From Gemmatimonadota bacterium (GTDB lineage Bacteria; ARS69): 64,000 nucleotides of DNA. Shown here in pieces: positions 61,084 through 64,000 of this stretch. Location: contig JASLLL010000004.1 of NCBI GenBank assembly GCA_030747075.1, positions 70,891 to 134,890 on the forward strand, given 5' to 3'. Made by a program: the position numbers and the translations under genes. Numbering within the stretch: the stretch's first letter is position 1; the number at the start of each line of letters is the position of its first letter. The notes under the pieces were generated by a model, which saw only the letters and a list, made by a program, of their open reading frames with translations, searched no databases and was not told the DNA's origin.

Positions 61084-61101
61084 TCCCGGGCCGAGGTCCT
61101 G

Positions 61102-62292
61102 CTAGCGGCGGACGATTCCCCGATCCAGACAGCGGCCCAGAGCGGCGGCGGGATCCGCGAAACGCGTGTGCAGGATCATCGACGCGATCACGAACGGCTT
61201 GTGCGCCGCCTCCTGATAGGTGCCGAGCCGGGCTTTCTCGAACACCGACTCCGACACTTCTCCCGACTCGCAACTCACGCCCGTGATGTCCGCGGGCAGA
61301 CAGTGCATGTAGGAGGCCTGACCGTTCTTCGTGCGTGCCATCTTCTCTTCGGTGCACTCCCAGTCCTGGAAACGCGCATTCTCGGCAAGGCACTCCCGTT
61401 CGAGTTCCTTCAGCGCGTTCGTTTCCCCGGCGCGGAGGAGTCGGGTCCTTTCGTGCATGACGCGAACCGGCGCCCAGCTCTTGGGGTAGACGATGTCCGC
61501 ACCTTCAAACGCTTCGTCCATGGAGTGGACCACCGAGAAGGCGCCCCCGTTTGCCGCGGCGCCCCGGCGCGCGGCGTCCAGCGGTTCCTCTACGAGGCCG
61601 TATCCTTCCGGGTGCGCCAGGACGACATCCATTCCGAAGCGCGTCATGAGAGACACGACACCTTGCGGGACCGACAGCGGCTTTCCGTAACTGGGCGAGT
61701 AGGCCCAGGTCATGGCGATTCGCTTCCCGCGCAGTTCGTCCAATCCGCCGAAGGTCTCCATGAGGTGCCGAAGGTCGGACAGGCTCTGCGTCGGGTGGTC
61801 CAGATCGCACTGGAGGTTGATCACCGAAGGCCGCTGTGCCAGCACGCCCTCGCGCCGACTCTCTTCCACGGCTTCCGCGACTTCCTTCATGTAGGCGTGT
61901 CCCTCGCCCAGGAACATGTCGTCGCGGATGCCGATGGTCTCTGTGAGAAACGATATCATCGTTGCCGTCTCACGCACGGTCTCCCCGTGCGCAATCTGCG
62001 AAGTTCCCTCGTCGAGTTCTTCCGTCATGAGCCCGAGAAGATTCGCGCCGGACCGGAAGGAATAGCGCGTGCGTGTGGACTTGTCCCGGAAGATGGAGAG
62101 GGCGAGGCCGGTGTCAAAGAACCGCGCCGAGATGTTCGCCCGGTGGAGATCGCGCAGGATTTCCGCGCCGAGCAGGACGCTCCCCAGTGAGTCGTCGTCC
62201 ACATCCCAGGTTCGCAGGAAGTCCCCGTCGTGGAGGCGGTTCTCCAGCGTCTCCATGGATCCGATGAGCGGGCGGATGTCGTTGTGGGTCAC
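61102..62292 (-). CDS. ygeW: Knotted carbamoyltransferase YgeW
   Basis: FRDKSTRTR, LQCDLDHPTQ, WAYSPSYGKPLSVPQG, YMHCLPADI; AGGAGG RBS. Confidence 0.92.
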   Translation of the reverse strand: MTHNDIRPLIGSMETLENRLHDGDFLRTWDVDDDSLGSVLLGAEILRDLHRANISARFFDTGLALSIFRDKSTRTRYSFRSGANLLGLMTEELDEGTSQIAHGETVRETATMISFLTETIGIRDDMFLGEGHAYMKEVAEAVEESRREGVLAQRPSVINLQCDLDHPTQSLSDLRHLMETFGGLDELRGKRIAMTWAYSPSYGKPLSVPQGVVSLMTRFGMDVVLAHPEGYGLVEEPLDAARRGAAANGGAFSVVHSMDEAFEGADIVYPKSWAPVRVMHERTRLLRAGETNALKELERECLAENARFQDWECTEEKMARTKNGQASYMHCLPADITGVSCESGEVSESVFEKARLGTYQEAAHKPFVIASMILHTRFADPAAALGRCLDRGIVRR

Positions 62293-62306
62293 GGGGTCCT
62301 CCTGCG

Positions 62307-63527
62307 TTATGCGGGTACGGTGTCGAGATACACGAGCGGGAAGGTTGCGTAGAATGCGGCCGCTTTCGTGAGGTGTTCCACCGGGCACTGATCTTCGGGG
62401 CTGTGTGCGTGCGCCTCGTCGCCGGGGCCGAATCCGAATGTCGGGACGCCGAAAAGACCGCGCGTGGCGATCCCGTTGGTCGAAAAACCCCACTTGTCGA
62501 TGACAGGTTCTGCGCCGAGGACGGACCTTGCCGCCTGTGCGGCCGCGACGATGACCGGGTCATCCTCCTCCAGCACCCAGGTGGGATAGTACTTCTTCGT
62601 GGGATAGGTGAGGCCGGTGTAGGCCTCCCGCGCATACTCCAGCACGGTGACGACCGCCCCTGATGCCGCGACCCCGGGGAGGCTCTCGATCTCGGCGACC
62701 GCGCTCTCCAGTGTCTCACCGCGCGTAAGGCGACGGTCGAGATGGATGGTGCAACTGTCGGCCACGGCGCACAGCGAAGGCGAAGTGGAACGGATGTCGG
62801 AAATGGTCACGGTGCCTTTGCCGAGAAAGGGGTCCGCGGTCGCGGCAAGATCCTCGTTCAGCTTCTCGATGTCCGCGATGATCGGCGCCATGTGGTACAC
62901 CGCGTTCACCCCGCGTTCCGGCGCGGACCCGTGGCAGGAAAGGCCCTGAGTGCGAACTTCCATCTCCATTCTGCCCCGATGCCCGCGGTACACACCCAGC
63001 AGCGTGGGTTCCGTGATCACCACGACCTCCGGCTCCAGCACTTTCTCGCGGAGAATGTACTGCCAGCAGAGTCCGTCGCAGTCCTCTTCCAGCACCGTGC
63101 CGGTAATCCACAACTGGTAGTCGCCGTCCAGACCGAGTTCGCGGATGATCCGCGCCCCGTGGACCATGGAGGCCATTCCGCCTTCCTGATCTCCCGCCCC
63201 GCGTCCATAGACCGTGCCATCGCGAAGCTCCCCCCGGTAGGGATCGCGCGTCCATGTGGAGGGATCTCCCACGCCGACCGTGTCCAGGTGCGCATCCATT
63301 GCCAGAACGCGCTTTCCGGAGCCGATCCGGCCGAGGATGTTGCCCATTCCGTCGATACGGATCTCATCGAACCCGACGCTCTCCATTTCCTGCCGCACGC
63401 GCTCCACCACCGCGCGCTCATCCGCGCTCTCGGACGGAATGGCGATCATGTCGCGCAGAAACCGGACCATGTCAGGGGTGTACTCTTCGGCAAGCCTTGC
63501 GATGGCAGCGGCGTCAGGGAGCGTCAT
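62307..63527 (-). CDS. ygeY: M20 family hydrolase YgeY
   Basis: MDAHLDTV, GRGAGDQEGG, EEDCDGLCW, GHRGRME, SCHGSAPERG. Confidence 0.92.
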   Translation of the reverse strand: MTLPDAAAIARLAEEYTPDMVRFLRDMIAIPSESADERAVVERVRQEMESVGFDEIRIDGMGNILGRIGSGKRVLAMDAHLDTVGVGDPSTWTRDPYRGELRDGTVYGRGAGDQEGGMASMVHGARIIRELGLDGDYQLWITGTVLEEDCDGLCWQYILREKVLEPEVVVITEPTLLGVYRGHRGRMEMEVRTQGLSCHGSAPERGVNAVYHMAPIIADIEKLNEDLAATADPFLGKGTVTISDIRSTSPSLCAVADSCTIHLDRRLTRGETLESAVAEIESLPGVAASGAVVTVLEYAREAYTGLTYPTKKYYPTWVLEEDDPVIVAAAQAARSVLGAEPVIDKWGFSTNGIATRGLFGVPTFGFGPGDEAHAHSPEDQCPVEHLTKAAAFYATFPLVYLDTVPA

Positions 63528-63603
63528 GGCAGTCTCCGATTGCGTGGATACCCCGCGCTCATCGCGGGGGAACCCGTGAATACACATCCGACCCGGCGGG
63601 TTG

Positions 63604-64000
63604 TCAAGCCGTCCCGGTCGCGATCCAGTTCGAAGCCCCGCCGCGGAGGACCGCTTCGGAGATTCTCACCACCAGATGGAATGGCCGAAGGTCCACTTCG
63701 CCCGCCGCATGACCGGAGACCGTCCCCGCGATATCACGCGGGTCAAATCGCAGCGCGAACCCCGTTCCCTCGTAGAGCGCGCCTTCGGGGTTCACCTCCA
63801 CGAGGACTTCCTGCCCGGCGATACGAGCTCGCACGCGGATCCCGCCACCCCCCGGGTCTCCCGAAACCCCCACTGCGTGAAACCCGTCGGCGGGGGCCGC
63901 TTCCGCGAACGCCTCCGCGCTTCCGAAGAACCGGGGCTTTGCCAGATACGGCCCGCCATCCTCGGGACAGAACACATCGCAGTTTCCGCAGTCGTTGCAG
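63604..64000 (-). CDS. ygfK: 3' end of a YgfK-like Fe-S oxidoreductase (partial, runs off window end)
   Basis: CNDCGNCDVFCPEDGGPYLAKP 4Fe-4S motif typical of the YgfK C-terminus; adjacent to ygeY and ygeW. Confidence 0.7.
   Translation of the reverse strand, partial: CNDCGNCDVFCPEDGGPYLAKPRFFGSAEAFAEAAPADGFHAVGVSGDPGGGGIRVRARIAGQEVLVEVNPEGALYEGTGFALRFDPRDIAGTVSGHAAGEVDLRPFHLVVRISEAVLRGGASNWIATGTA

Noticed and set aside
63577-63607. TTGACA promoter for ygeY
   Set aside because: The TTGACA overlaps the ygfK stop codon and the best -10 (TATTCA) is 19 bp away, so it may be coincidental
1-64000. Hundreds of overlapping alternative-frame ORFs in the supplied track
   Set aside because: High GC gives long stop-free shadow frames with Arg/Pro/Ala/Gly-rich translations; each overlaps a better-supported gene
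54282-64000. Selenocysteine-recoded TGA in the selenium-associated cluster
   Set aside because: The ORFs are full length with no internal TGA; enzymes of this type use a labile Se cofactor rather than Sec
1-64000. CRISPR arrays, tRNA/rRNA genes, transposases, integrases or phage genes
   Set aside because: No regularly spaced repeats, cloverleaf or rRNA signatures, or DDE/tyrosine/serine recombinase motifs were seen

Overview
This is a GC-rich bacterial chromosomal window. The secreted proteins (FlgD-like C-terminal domains, choice-of-anchor-B propellers, a terminal 'SWGxVKxxYR' motif) suggest an FCB-associated lineage such as Eisenbacteria or Krumholzibacteriota; this is an inference. No rRNA, tRNA, CRISPR array or mobile element was recognised. 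Content from left to right: cell-envelope genes (Nif3, DUF1460 amidase, GlmU-like, two choice-of-anchor-B paralogs, VanY), MarR, a secreted GH-like protein, YitJ, M16 protease, YchF, Mo-cofactor nucleotidyltransferases, RmuC, a three-subunit Mo-hydroxylase, a lipid module (FadD, NMO/FabK-like, GlpK fused to a hotdog domain), a Ni transporter and hyp genes, and a ygfK/ygeY/ygeW/ssnA/xdh purine-degradation-type cluster with two PLP enzymes where ygeX would be expected. Top candidate novel system: a sigma54 promoter (27844-27858, minus strand) driving a small secreted pre-protein followed by a TPR-sensor sigma54 activator, i.e. a possible peptide-sensing autoregulatory circuit. Other leads are the GlpK-hotdog fusion, candidate C/A-rich structured RNAs at about 10.6 kb and 12.7-13.2 kb, and two head-to-head junctions of 5'-truncated genes (about 31.8 kb and 52.7 kb) that may be deletions or assembly joins. 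All family assignments come from motif recognition by eye; no database search was run.
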